Source: Candidatus Latescibacterota bacterium
GTDB lineage: Bacteria; Latescibacterota; UBA2968; GCA-2709665
Direction of reading: 5' to 3'
Length of the DNA stretch: 64,000 nucleotides
Assembly: GCA_965208835.1 (NCBI GenBank)
Contig: OZ242358.1
Coordinates: 1,536,001-1,600,000 of the forward strand
Position numbers and translations under genes: made by a program. The notes under the pieces are model-generated. The model was given only the letters and a program-made list of their open reading frames with translations. It was not told the DNA's origin and did no database searches. Every line of letters begins with the position of its first letter. Position 1 is the stretch's first letter. Below are positions 51,791 to 62,400 of this stretch, piece after piece.

Positions 51791-52528
51791 TTAATGTGCG
51801 TCGCCGGTATCAGACGCTCCCGGCAAATCCTTCCTGAAATACCGCTTGCGATATTCCGCCGGTGAAATGCCATGAATCCGGACGAACGCTTCGCAAAGGC
51901 GTTTGGACGAACGAAACCCACATTCGGCGGCGATTTCCTTCATGTACATTGTCGTTTCGGCAATTAACCGTTCTGCCCGGGCGATCCTGATCTCTCTCAG
52001 TTTTTCCCGAAATGTCTTTCCGAAATATTCTCTGAATAGCCGGCAACCGTATGACGGCGTAAACCGGAATTCACGCCTGACGTCATCGAAACACAGGTCC
52101 GGATTGCTGTAATTCGCATTCAGAAACGACTCCATCCACGTCATCCGAAAATTCCGTGAGTTCACGGAATTGTCTGGTGTTTCCGGTTGTTCCTCTTTCT
52201 GCCTGGCACGGTCCAATCTTCCCACAAGTTCAATCAGCTCTTCTGTCAGATCGAGGGGCGAGGCTGAAGTGACGACGAACAGCCTGGCCTCGATTCTCTC
52301 CGTACTCGAAGTCCCAGGTCGTGTTTTACCATGCACGATCTGTAGCTGCATGTCGGCAGTTGCAATGTCAAGGGCTCGGTTCAATAAATTCCTGAACCCA
52401 TTTGACGCAGTTTTCGCGAAGAAAATTTCATACGGAACCTCACCCAGGAGTTCCTCAAGCCTCGATTTGACTGCGGGGTCTCCCTCTAAAATGAGGGCCC
52501 TGTGCCGTACCATTTCAGGCGCAATCAA
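51791..52528 (-). CDS. AraC-family transcriptional regulator with degenerate receiver-like N-terminus
   Basis: NYSNPDL..TPSY..RLF..GKTF..RIARAERL..EIAAECGF..F..HGISPAEYR; N-terminal ALILEGDPAV..L.ELL. Confidence 0.85.
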   Translation of the reverse strand: MIAPEMVRHRALILEGDPAVKSRLEELLGEVPYEIFFAKTASNGFRNLLNRALDIATADMQLQIVHGKTRPGTSSTERIEARLFVVTSASPLDLTEELIELVGRLDRARQKEEQPETPDNSVNSRNFRMTWMESFLNANYSNPDLCFDDVRREFRFTPSYGCRLFREYFGKTFREKLREIRIARAERLIAETTMYMKEIAAECGFRSSKRLCEAFVRIHGISPAEYRKRYFRKDLPGASDTGDAH

Positions 52529-53230
52529 AACGTGACTTCCAGGGCGATTCCTTCCTTAAGTGACGACCAACGCGAGGGTTTTTAGGGAGACCCGACGATC
52601 CATAATCGATATCCGATATGGAAAAATAGTCCCGTATAGACTTCACCTCTCGTGACTGCTATTCAAACTATAATCATAATAGTATCGAATAATCTGCTCA
52701 CGCAATTCAAAAAGAATCCTTATACTTGTCATTTGTTCCGCGAATTTGCACTTTTCGATTGATTTAATTCAACACGATCCGACAATTCGTGAAATCGTGA
52801 TGAACCGCGCGGCCGATCACGTGATTCCAGTTGAAGGCACCGCTTGTTGCAAAGGCGTATGGAACGACGTATATCTCATGTCAGTGATCGGGTTTATGGA
52901 GCCATTTGAGGATCGCCATAATGGCGCCACGTGAAGATCGGCGTAATGGCGCCATTGCACCGATCATTGACAAGGCGCAATCGAAACGTGACTTCCGGGG
53001 CGATTCGTCCCGTAAATGCCGACGATTGCGCCGTTGTTTCAGGACAACTGGTGATCCATAATTGGCATCAAATACTATTATTCACTCTATATCTATCCAC
53101 GATCCCTGACTGCCGATCAATTAGTGAATATTATAATATCGAATAATCTACACGCGCAATCCAAAAAGATTCCCTGTATTTGTTATTTGCGCCGCAAATG
53201 TACACTTTTCGTTTGATCTGATTCAGCATA
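52517..53230. repeat. Diverged tandem duplication of the AraC upstream region (52517-52773 vs 52973-53230)
   Basis: Colinear blocks AGGCGCAATC.AAACGTGACTTCC.GGGCGATTC, GATCCATAAT, TGACTGC, TATCGAATAATCT, CGCAAT.CAAAAAGA, CACTTTTCG. Confidence 0.8.
52879..52972. mobile_element. Miniature IS21-like element (94 bp)
   Basis: TGTCAGTGATCGG...CCGATCATTGACA IRs; 25-bp internal unit repeated; near-identical to 49453-49521. Confidence 0.6.
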
Positions 53231-53553
53231 AATTACAATGTGACGCATTGTGCGACAGTCTCTTGCATCTTCTGAAACGGGGGCATTATCCGGATGTTCG
53301 GCCTGTATCAGATACAGAATTTCGTGAATCCGGTGCTATGAATAGAATATAAGTTATTCTTCTGTTATTGAGATTCTCCGTGTGTTCTGGGCGCAGAGCC
53401 ACCGCACTCCGCTGCTCCATCCACGGCTCATCGATTCTCTCGACAAATCATCCAAATCTTCAGTCCCACGCATTCGGACTGGCACCTCGATAGGATTCCA
53501 CACAGCGCCCCACGGCAAGCCGGGTTATCGTGCGGGATCGTCCCATTCCGGGC

Positions 53554-53582
53554 TTGACATTGTCCGGGCCGGGCTATATGAT
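53554..53582 (+). promoter_or_regulatory. Candidate sigma70 promoter giving a leaderless solA mRNA
   Basis: TTGACA-N17-TATGAT, ATG 7 nt downstream, no SD. Confidence 0.55.
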
Positions 53583-53589
53583 CCGTCCT

Positions 53590-54747
53590 ATGAAAACGGG
53601 CGGGGCGACGTTCGACGTTGTTGTGGCGGGCCTGGGCGCGATGGGGAGTGCGGCGGTATATCATCTGGCAAAAAGCGGCATGCGGGTCGCCGGCTTTGAC
53701 CGGTTCCACCCGCCCCACGCCCGCGGATCCTCGCACGGACACGCGCGGGTGATCCGCGAGGCCTACGCCGGCGGGCCCGAGTACGTGAATCTGATCAGGC
53801 GTGCTTACGCATTGTGGGAAGCCCTGGAAGATGAGAGCGGCGCGGAACTGTTCCGGACGTATGGACACCTCTCCATGCGGCCACCAGGCGGGGAGGAGCG
53901 CCTCGGTGTTCTCGAAAGCGCCCGTGCGTTCGATATCCCTGTCGAGCGGGTCTCGGCGGAAGACGTACGGCGGCGTTATCCCATGTTTCGGGTCGATGAC
54001 GGCTGGGAGGGCATCTTCGAACCACGGGCGGGCGCCGTGTTTCCCGAGGCATGCATCGATGCGCATCTGAGGCTGGCGCAATCTGCCGGGGCGGAGCTGA
54101 ACTTCGACTGTCCGGTTCTGGACTGGACCGCGGATGGGAGCGCGGTGCGTGCGAAAACGCGGTCGGGCGAAGTATCGGCGGACAGGTTCGTCGTCTGCGC
54201 GGGCGCCTGGGTCTCCCGGCTGGTGGCGGACCTGGCGCTTCCGGTGGAAATCGAGCGGATGACGCTGTTTTTCTTTCGGCCGCTGCAGAACCCGGGGATG
54301 TTCGTGTCCGGCCGCTGTCCGAACAATACCTGGGTGAACGAGGACGGGGTTTCGTTCTACTGTCAGCCGGACTTCGGGCGGGGTTTCAAGGCGGCATTGC
54401 ATTGCGGGCGCGCCGGGGTCAACCCGGACACGCTCGAGCGGAAGACGTCTCCGGACGACGAGGCTCAGATTCGTCCGCTCGTGGAGCGGTTCATTCCCGA
54501 CGCGGCGGGGCCCGTTGTCGAGAGCCACGTGTGCATGTATACCAATCTTCCGGACACCAGGTGGATTGTGGATTGCCACCCCGGGCATGAGCGGGTGATT
54601 ATCGCATCGCCCTGCTCGGGGCACGGGTTTAAATTTTCGTCCGTGATCGGAGAGATCGTGGCGAAAATGTGTATGGGCGAAACCGAAGCGGCGGATCCCG
54701 GGATGTTCGGCATCGCGCCGCTGCTGGCCGGAGGATCGCGGACATGA
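53590..54747 (+). CDS. solA: N-methyl-L-tryptophan oxidase / monomeric sarcosine oxidase family
   Basis: GLGAMGS, GSSHGHARVIR, CMYT, CSGHGFKF. Confidence 0.85.
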   Translation: MKTGGATFDVVVAGLGAMGSAAVYHLAKSGMRVAGFDRFHPPHARGSSHGHARVIREAYAGGPEYVNLIRRAYALWEALEDESGAELFRTYGHLSMRPPGGEERLGVLESARAFDIPVERVSAEDVRRRYPMFRVDDGWEGIFEPRAGAVFPEACIDAHLRLAQSAGAELNFDCPVLDWTADGSAVRAKTRSGEVSADRFVVCAGAWVSRLVADLALPVEIERMTLFFFRPLQNPGMFVSGRCPNNTWVNEDGVSFYCQPDFGRGFKAALHCGRAGVNPDTLERKTSPDDEAQIRPLVERFIPDAAGPVVESHVCMYTNLPDTRWIVDCHPGHERVIIASPCSGHGFKFSSVIGEIVAKMCMGETEAADPGMFGIAPLLAGGSRT

Positions 54748-55715
54748 CGATCCAGGACTACGTATCGTGGGCGGATTTCAACGACGACACGCTCCGGTTT
54801 TCAAGGGCGATCGGCGCGGATATGATCTGCCTGGACATTCGCGCAATGCACCGGCTGGATCCCTCGTTGGATCTGCGCGACGGCCGGGACAGCCGCCCGT
54901 TCTTCGAAGCCGCCAGGGAGAGGGTGGAAGACCACGGACTGACGTTGTTCAGCGTCTTTATGGCAGGATGGGACGAACTGGCTTTCGGTCTTCCCGATCG
55001 CGACGAAAAGCTCGAGGCGTGGTGCCGCATGTTGCGCTGTCTGGGCGAGGCGGGCATTCCCGCGCTGGGTTACAACTTCAAACCGATGGGTAACTTCCGG
55101 ACGGCCTCGACGCCGCCGGGCCGGGGCGGGTCCATTTACAGCACGTTCGATTACGATGCGTTCTCGCGTGACCGGCCCGAACCGCACGATCCTCCGGTAG
55201 ACGAGGCGGAGATCTGGGCGAATATGAAGCACTTCCTTGAGGTTGCGGTACCGGCTGCGGAGGAGGCCGGGGTGAAGATGGCGCTGCATCCTGACGATCC
55301 GCCCATCCCGGAGCCGCTTGGCGGCGTTGCCCAGATCGTGTCCACGCTGGAACAATATCGTCGAATCTTCGCCGCCGCGCCGGGCGACAGCAACGGGATG
55401 CTGTTCTGCCAGGGCTGCGTGACCGAAATGGGCGTCGACGTCTACGAGACGATTCGCGAGATGGGACTTCGCAACAAGATCGTATTCGTGCATTTCAGAA
55501 ACGTGCGCGGCGCACTGCCCAGCTTCCAGGAGGTGTTTCTGGATGAAGGCGACGTGAATATGCGCCGGGCGATGGAGGTCTACAGGGAGGTCGGGTTCAA
55601 CGGGCCTTTCATGATGGATCATACGCCGGGTATCCCCGGCGACGAGAAATCCAGGGCCGGCCACGCGTATGCCGTGGGGTATATCCGTGCGCTGATACAG
55701 ACGGTCTATGGGTAG
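54744..55715 (+). CDS. Mannonate dehydratase (UxuA)-like protein
   Basis: GYNF, MALHPDDPP, FCQGC, VHFRNV, DEGD, MMDHTP, YAVGYIRAL. Confidence 0.85.
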   Translation: MTIQDYVSWADFNDDTLRFSRAIGADMICLDIRAMHRLDPSLDLRDGRDSRPFFEAARERVEDHGLTLFSVFMAGWDELAFGLPDRDEKLEAWCRMLRCLGEAGIPALGYNFKPMGNFRTASTPPGRGGSIYSTFDYDAFSRDRPEPHDPPVDEAEIWANMKHFLEVAVPAAEEAGVKMALHPDDPPIPEPLGGVAQIVSTLEQYRRIFAAAPGDSNGMLFCQGCVTEMGVDVYETIREMGLRNKIVFVHFRNVRGALPSFQEVFLDEGDVNMRRAMEVYREVGFNGPFMMDHTPGIPGDEKSRAGHAYAVGYIRALIQTVYG

Positions 55716-55784
55716 GTGGGCAAGGCGGTATCAATTCGCGTATGTCTGGTTTTGTAGGGGCATCCATTGTGGGCGTCCGATCAC

Positions 55785-55967
55785 CGGGGAGACGTTAGAC
55801 GGCAGACGGGAGAGGACCACACCCCGCCACACCACCTGGTGAGAGGGGAGCCGGGAGAGGGTAGAGATCGCATGCCGTTTAAGGCTTTTTTTCGAGCCGC
55901 AGGCAAGTCGGAGGATCATATTGGCAATGGCTTCTTCTACCGTCTCCCCTCTTACCTCTACCGGCTT
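55785..55967 (+). repeat. Heptamer-arm hairpin repeat element, copy C
   Basis: Shares core and arms with copies A, B and D. Confidence 0.75.
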
Positions 55968-56045
55968 CACGAGAATTGGCAAGGGAACCGGGGACGTTTG
56001 GGGGTGGCGGGGTTTCTCGGTCAATCAAAAGGGAGGACGTTTAAA

Positions 56046-56999
56046 ATGTATATACAGGAACAGCTTCCGTGGGATCAGATCAACGACGATACGCTGAGTT
56101 TCTTCAAGGCGATCGGCGTGGACTATCTGACGGTGAACGCCATACCTCACGATGTGAGGGAGGGCACGGACCGCACGGAACTCTGGCAGGACGTGAAGAC
56201 AATGGCCGAATCCCACGGATTGAAGTTGACGAACCTGGCGGCAACCGGATGGGACGAAATATCGCTCGCGCTTGACGACCGCGACGAGAAGATCGAGGCC
56301 TGGTGCGGGCTGTTGCGGAGCATGGGCGAGGTCGGCATCCCCACGCTGGGGTACAATTTCAAGCCGGCGGGAAATTTCCGTACCGAATCCGTACCGCCAG
56401 GCAGAGGGGGCTCCAGATACAGTACATTCGACTACGAGAAGATGATGGAGGACCCGCCGTACTATCCCGACAAGGCCATCTCCGAGGAGAAGATCCTGGA
56501 GAATATCCGATACTTCCTGGAACGTGTCATCCCCGTGGCCGAAGAGAACGGCGTACGGATGGCGCTGCATCCCGACGATCCCCCCATTCCGGAACCCCTG
56601 GCCGGCGCCGCGAGGATCGTGTCCACCCTCGAACAATACCACCACATCTTCGACATGGTACCCAGCCGCAGCAACGCCATGCTGTTCTGCCAGGGGTGCG
56701 TAGCGGAGATGGGCGAAAACGTGTGCGACGCCATCCGGGATATCGGGGGCCGCGAAAAGATCGTCTACGTGCATTTCCGGAATATCCGGGGCGGTCCCCG
56801 GAAGTTTCAGGAGGTCTTCGTGGATGAGGGAGACCAGGACATGTACGAGGCGATGCAGACCTATAAGGAAGTGGGTTTCGAGGGACCGTTCATGATGGAC
56901 CATACGCCCGGTTTCCCGAATACGGATTCCACGTTCTGGGCGGGACGTGCGTTTGCGGTGGGGTATATGCGTGCACTGATCCAGGCAGTATATCGTTAA
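56046..56999 (+). CDS. Mannonate dehydratase (UxuA)-like protein, tandem paralog
   Basis: Same motifs as 54744-55715; GGGAGG RBS. Confidence 0.85.
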   Translation: MYIQEQLPWDQINDDTLSFFKAIGVDYLTVNAIPHDVREGTDRTELWQDVKTMAESHGLKLTNLAATGWDEISLALDDRDEKIEAWCGLLRSMGEVGIPTLGYNFKPAGNFRTESVPPGRGGSRYSTFDYEKMMEDPPYYPDKAISEEKILENIRYFLERVIPVAEENGVRMALHPDDPPIPEPLAGAARIVSTLEQYHHIFDMVPSRSNAMLFCQGCVAEMGENVCDAIRDIGGREKIVYVHFRNIRGGPRKFQEVFVDEGDQDMYEAMQTYKEVGFEGPFMMDHTPGFPNTDSTFWAGRAFAVGYMRALIQAVYR

Positions 57000-57038
57000 T
57001 CTATCGGTCTCCGGGATCCCCGGACACTGGAGGCGAGT

Positions 57039-58049
57039 ATGGCGGAGCGCCGAAAAACAGCAGAGACAGAAGAGACCGTAAACGAGAAAACCGTTCGCGT
57101 GGCGATGATCGGCGCGGGAGGTCGCGCAACCAGCGCGCATTACCCCTCGCTCAAGGCCCTGCAGGGCGTCGAGATGGTTGCCGTATCGGAACTGAGCGAA
57201 CAGAGGATGGCCGATGCGGCGGGACGTTTTGGCATTCAGGCGCAGTATTCGGATTACCGGCAGATGATCGAGAAGGAAAAACCGGATGCCGTCTATGCCA
57301 TCATGCCGCCGCATCATCTGTACGATATCGCGGCAACGGTGATGGAGATGGGTTGCCATCTCTTCGTCGAGAAACCCCCCGCGATGACAACCGAACAGAC
57401 CCGGCAGATGGCGCTGATTGCGCAGAAGCAGAATGTGCTTACCGGCGTGACCTTCCAGAGGCGGTTCGCGCCCGTCATCCGGTACGGGAAGGAACTTTGC
57501 GAGAAGCGCGGGGCCGTTCACAGCGCCGTGGCCACGTTTTACAAGAATGCCGTGGGCGGCGCGCCTTATTACAGGGGAGCGATCGATATCCTCACGTCCG
57601 ACGCCATTCACGCCGTGGACACGCTGCGTTATCTGTGCGGCGGCGAGGTGGAGTCCGTGGCCGGCGACGTCCGGCGGGAGGGCGCCACACATACCAACAT
57701 ATACCTTGCGCTGGTGAAGTTCAGTTCCGGGGCAACCGGCGTGCTGCTCACCAACTGGATGACGGGGCGACGCATCTTCTCGGTTGAAATCCATTCTCCC
57801 GGCATTTCTGTATTCGGGGACCCGGAAGAAGGCGGGCGTGTATTCGCCGACAACAAGGACGAACCCGTGGAAATGCTCGATCCTTTCCGCCTCGGCGGCG
57901 GCGACGACACATGGCGCGCCTACGGCGCGTACGATACCAACCGGCACTTTATAGACTGTATCAGGGGCGGGAAACAGCCTGAGACGTGTTTCGAGGATGC
58001 GGTGAAGACGATGGAACTGGTGGATCTGATTTACCAGTCGCAGATTTAG
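57039..58049 (+). CDS. Gfo/Idh/MocA-family oxidoreductase
   Basis: VAMIGAGG, HLFVEKP, FQRRF, DAIHAVD. Confidence 0.88.
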   Translation: MAERRKTAETEETVNEKTVRVAMIGAGGRATSAHYPSLKALQGVEMVAVSELSEQRMADAAGRFGIQAQYSDYRQMIEKEKPDAVYAIMPPHHLYDIAATVMEMGCHLFVEKPPAMTTEQTRQMALIAQKQNVLTGVTFQRRFAPVIRYGKELCEKRGAVHSAVATFYKNAVGGAPYYRGAIDILTSDAIHAVDTLRYLCGGEVESVAGDVRREGATHTNIYLALVKFSSGATGVLLTNWMTGRRIFSVEIHSPGISVFGDPEEGGRVFADNKDEPVEMLDPFRLGGGDDTWRAYGAYDTNRHFIDCIRGGKQPETCFEDAVKTMELVDLIYQSQI

Positions 58050-58180
58050 TTTTCTTTCTCCGAATCGGGTCACCATTCAAGCTCCGGTTTTTCCGCGAAT
58101 CGCTTCAGATGCACAAATCGTCAACGCTTGTCTCCCCCTTTCCTTTAAGAGAGGGGACCGGGGTAACAGGTCGCCTAAAG

Positions 58181-58438
58181 GCGGTAGACGTAAGCCGGTA
58201 GACGGGAGAGAACCACACCTCGCCCCACCACCTGGTGAGACGTAAGCCGGGAGAGGGTAGAGATCGCATGCCGTGCAAGGTTTCCTGTCAGGCCGCAGGC
58301 GAGCCGGAGGAACATATCGGCAAGGTCTTCTTCTACCGTCTCCCCTCTACCGTCTCCCCTTATTTATTCTACCGTCTTACGTCTCCCGTCTACCCGCCTT
58401 TTTTCTACCGGCTCACCTCTAACGTCTCCCCGCTCTTG
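58181..58438 (+). repeat. Heptamer-arm hairpin repeat element, copy D
   Basis: Shares core and arms with copies A, B and C. Confidence 0.75.
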
Positions 58439-58531
58439 GCTGACGGCCGATAGCTGACAGCTGCTTTTTCTGATTCAGACAACCTGTTTCCGGAACCGGA
58501 CAAGACGCCTTTACCGATAGAAAGGATTAAA

Positions 58532-59350
58532 ATGAAATGCATCATGTTTACGAAACATCTGGAGGGCCTGGATGTCCCCGGCATTATCGCCGCCTTGAAA
58601 TCAGTCGGCGTGCAAGGCGCCGACCTGTGCGTGCGCCCGGGCTACCCGGTACATCCGGAGAATGTCGAAACGGCGCTGCCGGACGCCGCCAGGCTGTTCG
58701 CCGACGAAGGGCTGTCCATCCCCCTGGTAACCACACCAGGTGACTTCATCAAACCGGAGATGGAATACGCGGACCGTCTGTACGCGGCCTGCGGCGAAGC
58801 AGGCGTGAGGCATATCAAACTGGGGTACTGGCACTGGTCGGCGGGGATGGACTACTGGGAGGAACTGGACGCGGTACGCGGGCACCTCGAAGGCTTCCAG
58901 CGCCTTTCCGAGAAACACGGCGTCCAGACCGTGGTGCACAACCACTCCGGGCTCTCGATGGGCCTCAACTCCTGCGCGGCCATGAATGTGGTTAAGGACT
59001 TTGATCCTCGGCATATCGGCGTATTCGCCGATCCGGGGCATCTTTCCATCTGCGGGGAGCCGATCGAACTGGCGCTGAATATCGTCCGGTCGCACCTGTC
59101 GGTGGTGGCGCTGAAGGACCTGATCCGCCAGCCACTTGGACAGAAGGGCGGGACAACCTGGCGCACACGGGTGGTGCGGCTTGGCGAGGGATACGGAGAC
59201 TGGCCGGCGCTCTTGCGCGCGTTCAATTCGGTAAATTTCGACGGACCCCTGAGCTTCCACAGCGAGTACAGCGGGGAACCTGTGGACACGGTGATCGATC
59301 TGGCCAGATCGGACGTGCGGTTTTTCACTGCGCTGCGGAATGCAGGATAA
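58532..59350 (+). CDS. Sugar phosphate isomerase/epimerase (TIM barrel)
   Basis: FTKHL, DLCVRPG, HNHSG, DPGH, LKD, SFHSEY. Confidence 0.8.
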   Translation: MKCIMFTKHLEGLDVPGIIAALKSVGVQGADLCVRPGYPVHPENVETALPDAARLFADEGLSIPLVTTPGDFIKPEMEYADRLYAACGEAGVRHIKLGYWHWSAGMDYWEELDAVRGHLEGFQRLSEKHGVQTVVHNHSGLSMGLNSCAAMNVVKDFDPRHIGVFADPGHLSICGEPIELALNIVRSHLSVVALKDLIRQPLGQKGGTTWRTRVVRLGEGYGDWPALLRAFNSVNFDGPLSFHSEYSGEPVDTVIDLARSDVRFFTALRNAG

Positions 59351-59372
59351 CCGCGATACAACCGACAGACAG

Positions 59373-59408
59373 AAAAGGGCGGCCCGGAATCGGGTCGCCC
59401 TTTTTTTT
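59373..59408. terminator. Bidirectional intrinsic terminator
   Basis: AAAAGGGCGGCCCG-gaat-CGGGTCGCCC-T8 between convergent genes. Confidence 0.85.
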
Positions 59409-59424
59409 CTGCGTGATTGGGAAT

Positions 59425-62400
59425 TCAGTCCAGAATCGCCCTGCAATTCGCACGGATCCGGAACCGCCCGTCCCTTTGCCGGACAGCCGTGGCTGTGGGC
59501 GTGATCTCGATCGTGTCTCCCGGTCCGACGTCGTAGAGATAGGCGATATCGCCAACGCCGAATCCGGCGGAGAGGTCGTGCCCGCCAACCAGCCTGATGC
59601 CCGCATCCCGGCGGACGCCTGGCGCGTGAGGCGCCAGTTCGACGTCGTCAACGGGAAGCCAGTGCGCGTGGTCCCTGTCCGCAAGCCATGCGCCCCGGTA
59701 GTACCCCTGCGCCGCCATGTAAAGGTTGGTTTTCGTCGAGAGGCCGGTTCCGTCCGGGTTCCGACCCGTAATGACGAAACGGCCGACCCGGAAACTGTCG
59801 TCGCTGAACCGGATGCGATAGCGCCTGTCTCTGCCCTCCACGGCCGTGATGTTGTATGCCGCGGCACGTCGGGCGTTTCCGATGCGGGCGACGTCACCTT
59901 TGAGTGCCGCCGTGCGGAAGGCCTGGCTGTCCCGATCGCGTTCGACGGTAATTATGGAAGACCCCGGATCGATTTCCACGATACGCCCGCGAAGCGGTCC
60001 GGGTATCGAGAGGGTATGCCCGTCGGCGCTGATGCTTCCCTGGCCCGACTGGTGCAGGGAGACCAGCTTCCCCTCGTCATCGTGTCGCGCCATGCCGAAA
60101 CTGCCGCCGGATGGCCCGATGGCGTGGTGGATCGTATCTTCGCCGTATTGATGGCTGACCCGCAGCGCGAGGGTCTCACCGCCGGCATCCAGTTGCTCAA
60201 CGCCGTGGACTTTCTTTGTTCCTTTAAAGGGTTCATGAACGGCCACGAACCGGCTGGCCGCGCCGTCACCCGCGTTGCGGAGAAGCACGTACGTCAGTTG
60301 CTTCGGGTTGCCCGGCTTCCTGGGTGGATCTCCGTGAGCGACGATGGCCTCGTCCGAGGGCAGGAAGGTGGTACTCAGGCCGATGCCGTTTTTCACGTCG
60401 CGCCAGTTCGAGGACCAACTCGCTGTCGGATTCCCGCGCCGCGTGTCGTACAGATAGGAGTAGCCGCCCCCACGGTACGTGTAATACGACCGCCCCTTCC
60501 TTGACGGGTCGGTGAGACCGGCATCGTCGTAGATGGCGCCGAAGGGCACATCCCGGCCGGCAAGGGTACCCTGCTTCTGCGGAGGAGTAAGCGTAATACC
60601 GTCCACGGAAAACTTACCTTCGAATCCGTGCAGGCTGTAGTCGTGTTGGCTTCCGCCCTCCACGCGGAAGCAGTCGAGGAGGTAACGGGCATCCTTTGCG
60701 ATTTCGACGAACGCGAGCGTCCGCCGGTATTCGGACGTATGGTGATAGGTTTCCGGGGCGTCGACCTGCATCCAGGTCAGGCCTCGCGCCCTCACGAAAT
60801 GCTCGAGTCTGCCAGGCCCCTGTGAATCCTGCCGCCGGCCGTCCACGACAACCGTGGCGTGCGCCAGGGTGTTCTTCGTCCACACCGCGGGACGGTCTCC
60901 TTCTGCGGCGTGTTCGCCGTAACCGAGGTCGGGGATGAGTTTTCGACCGTACGCGAAGAGTTCGACGTTGAGACGGTCGAAATGCGCGTGCTCGGTGGCT
61001 GCCCGCCCGTAATATAGCGCCACGGCCGCCCGCTCGCGGCCTCTCCCGGACCGAAGCAGGGCCAGGCCGAAGCCGCCCATCAGCCTGCTTTCCGCCGCCA
61101 TCTCCTTCAGTTCGGCGGCGGCGTCCGCATGCGACGGTGGTTCCACCGGTTCCTCCAGAAGCGACTCGAAGCTGTCGAAGCCGGTCTCTCGGCCGCGCAG
61201 CAGTTCGCCAATGAGGGCATCTCCGGTGGCCCTGTACGCCGTCCGCAAGGTAGCGCTGTCAAGGGATACGTGGCCCCCGGTTGTGGTCCCGGCGTCGCCA
61301 ATGCAAGGGGTGAAATCGTCCAGGCACGTCATTTCCTCGGCCCAGCGGTACATACGACGGAACTTTGGCCTGTCCCAGATCCGTATGCCCTGTTCTTCCA
61401 GAAGGCGGGCGATGACCGTGAGGTGCGTGACCCAGCTGCTGTTGTAGCTGGGGGAACTCTCCCACCCCATGCCTTCCCGGAAGATCAGGTTGTCCAGAGC
61501 AAAGTTGATCCCTTCCGCATGGGCGGCCTTGTCCCGGAAGATGTATCCGTCGAAGTGGGTGAGCATCTCCTTCAGTTCCGTGGCTTCCCCCGTGTTATTC
61601 AGCGTCCATTCTACGGCTCTGTCGATCTCGTTCCGGTCTCCAGAGGCGAGCGCTGCGATCAGCAGGGCTTCCTGGTGCCCGCCGTAGTTGCTCCGGACGT
61701 GGCCGCGGTAGATTCCGTCGAGGCTCGCCCCGATGATGCCAGCCTCGACTTTCTTTCGGAATTCGTCCGCATCCGAACCGAAGACGGGGTCGCCGGGGAT
61801 GGCGTCGCAAACGGCGTCCAGCGCGTGGCATAGCCGCCGTACGGTCCCGGATTCAGAAATGAGATCGTTCATCTTTCCGGTATAGCCGGGCGAGAACTCC
61901 AGGGCGTACATGGACTGCCTGCTGTAGTCCATGTGCGGATAGACTTCGGCCAGACGGTCCAGAATGACGAGCGCCTTGTGCGCATATCTGCCGTCCCCGC
62001 TGAGGAGATAGGCCTGAGAGAGGGAGGTAAGGCCGGCAACAACCGTATTCCACGTACTGCAACAACAATAGGCGATGAACCAGTGGCGAAACGGTGTGTC
62101 GTCGCCCTGCCAGCCCCATCCATCGTCCGCGTACGGGCCGGTCAGCAGGCTGCGGTCCTCCATTCCGCTCCGGTAGAATGCCCCAAAGTCATTGCTGGGA
62201 TAGGATTCCCCGCCTATGGCGCAGGTGACGCGCCACTGGTCCTTGAAGGGATCGTGTATCCATCCGCCCTGCGCGTACCCGCCGTACCCGTTCGGACCGC
62301 TGCCGTGGACCGGACAACCGCTCACGAAGTTGATGGTCCAGCTGCGCGGTACTTCGGGACCGGGCATCAGACTGTGGATGAGATCCTGGTCCCGCTCCAG

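Noticed and set aside
38717-52528. Classification as a lanthipeptide, TOMM/NHLP or radical-SAM RiPP cluster
   Set aside because: No dehydratase, cyclase, YcaO or radical SAM gene, and the leaders are not recognisably Nif11- or NHLP-like
56025-58076. 683-aa minus-strand ORF
   Set aside because: Antisense shadow of the UxuA-like and Gfo/Idh/MocA genes; no motifs, typical of high-GC DNA
59413-60504. 363-aa plus-strand ORF
   Set aside because: Antisense to the heparinase-like gene; no recognisable domain
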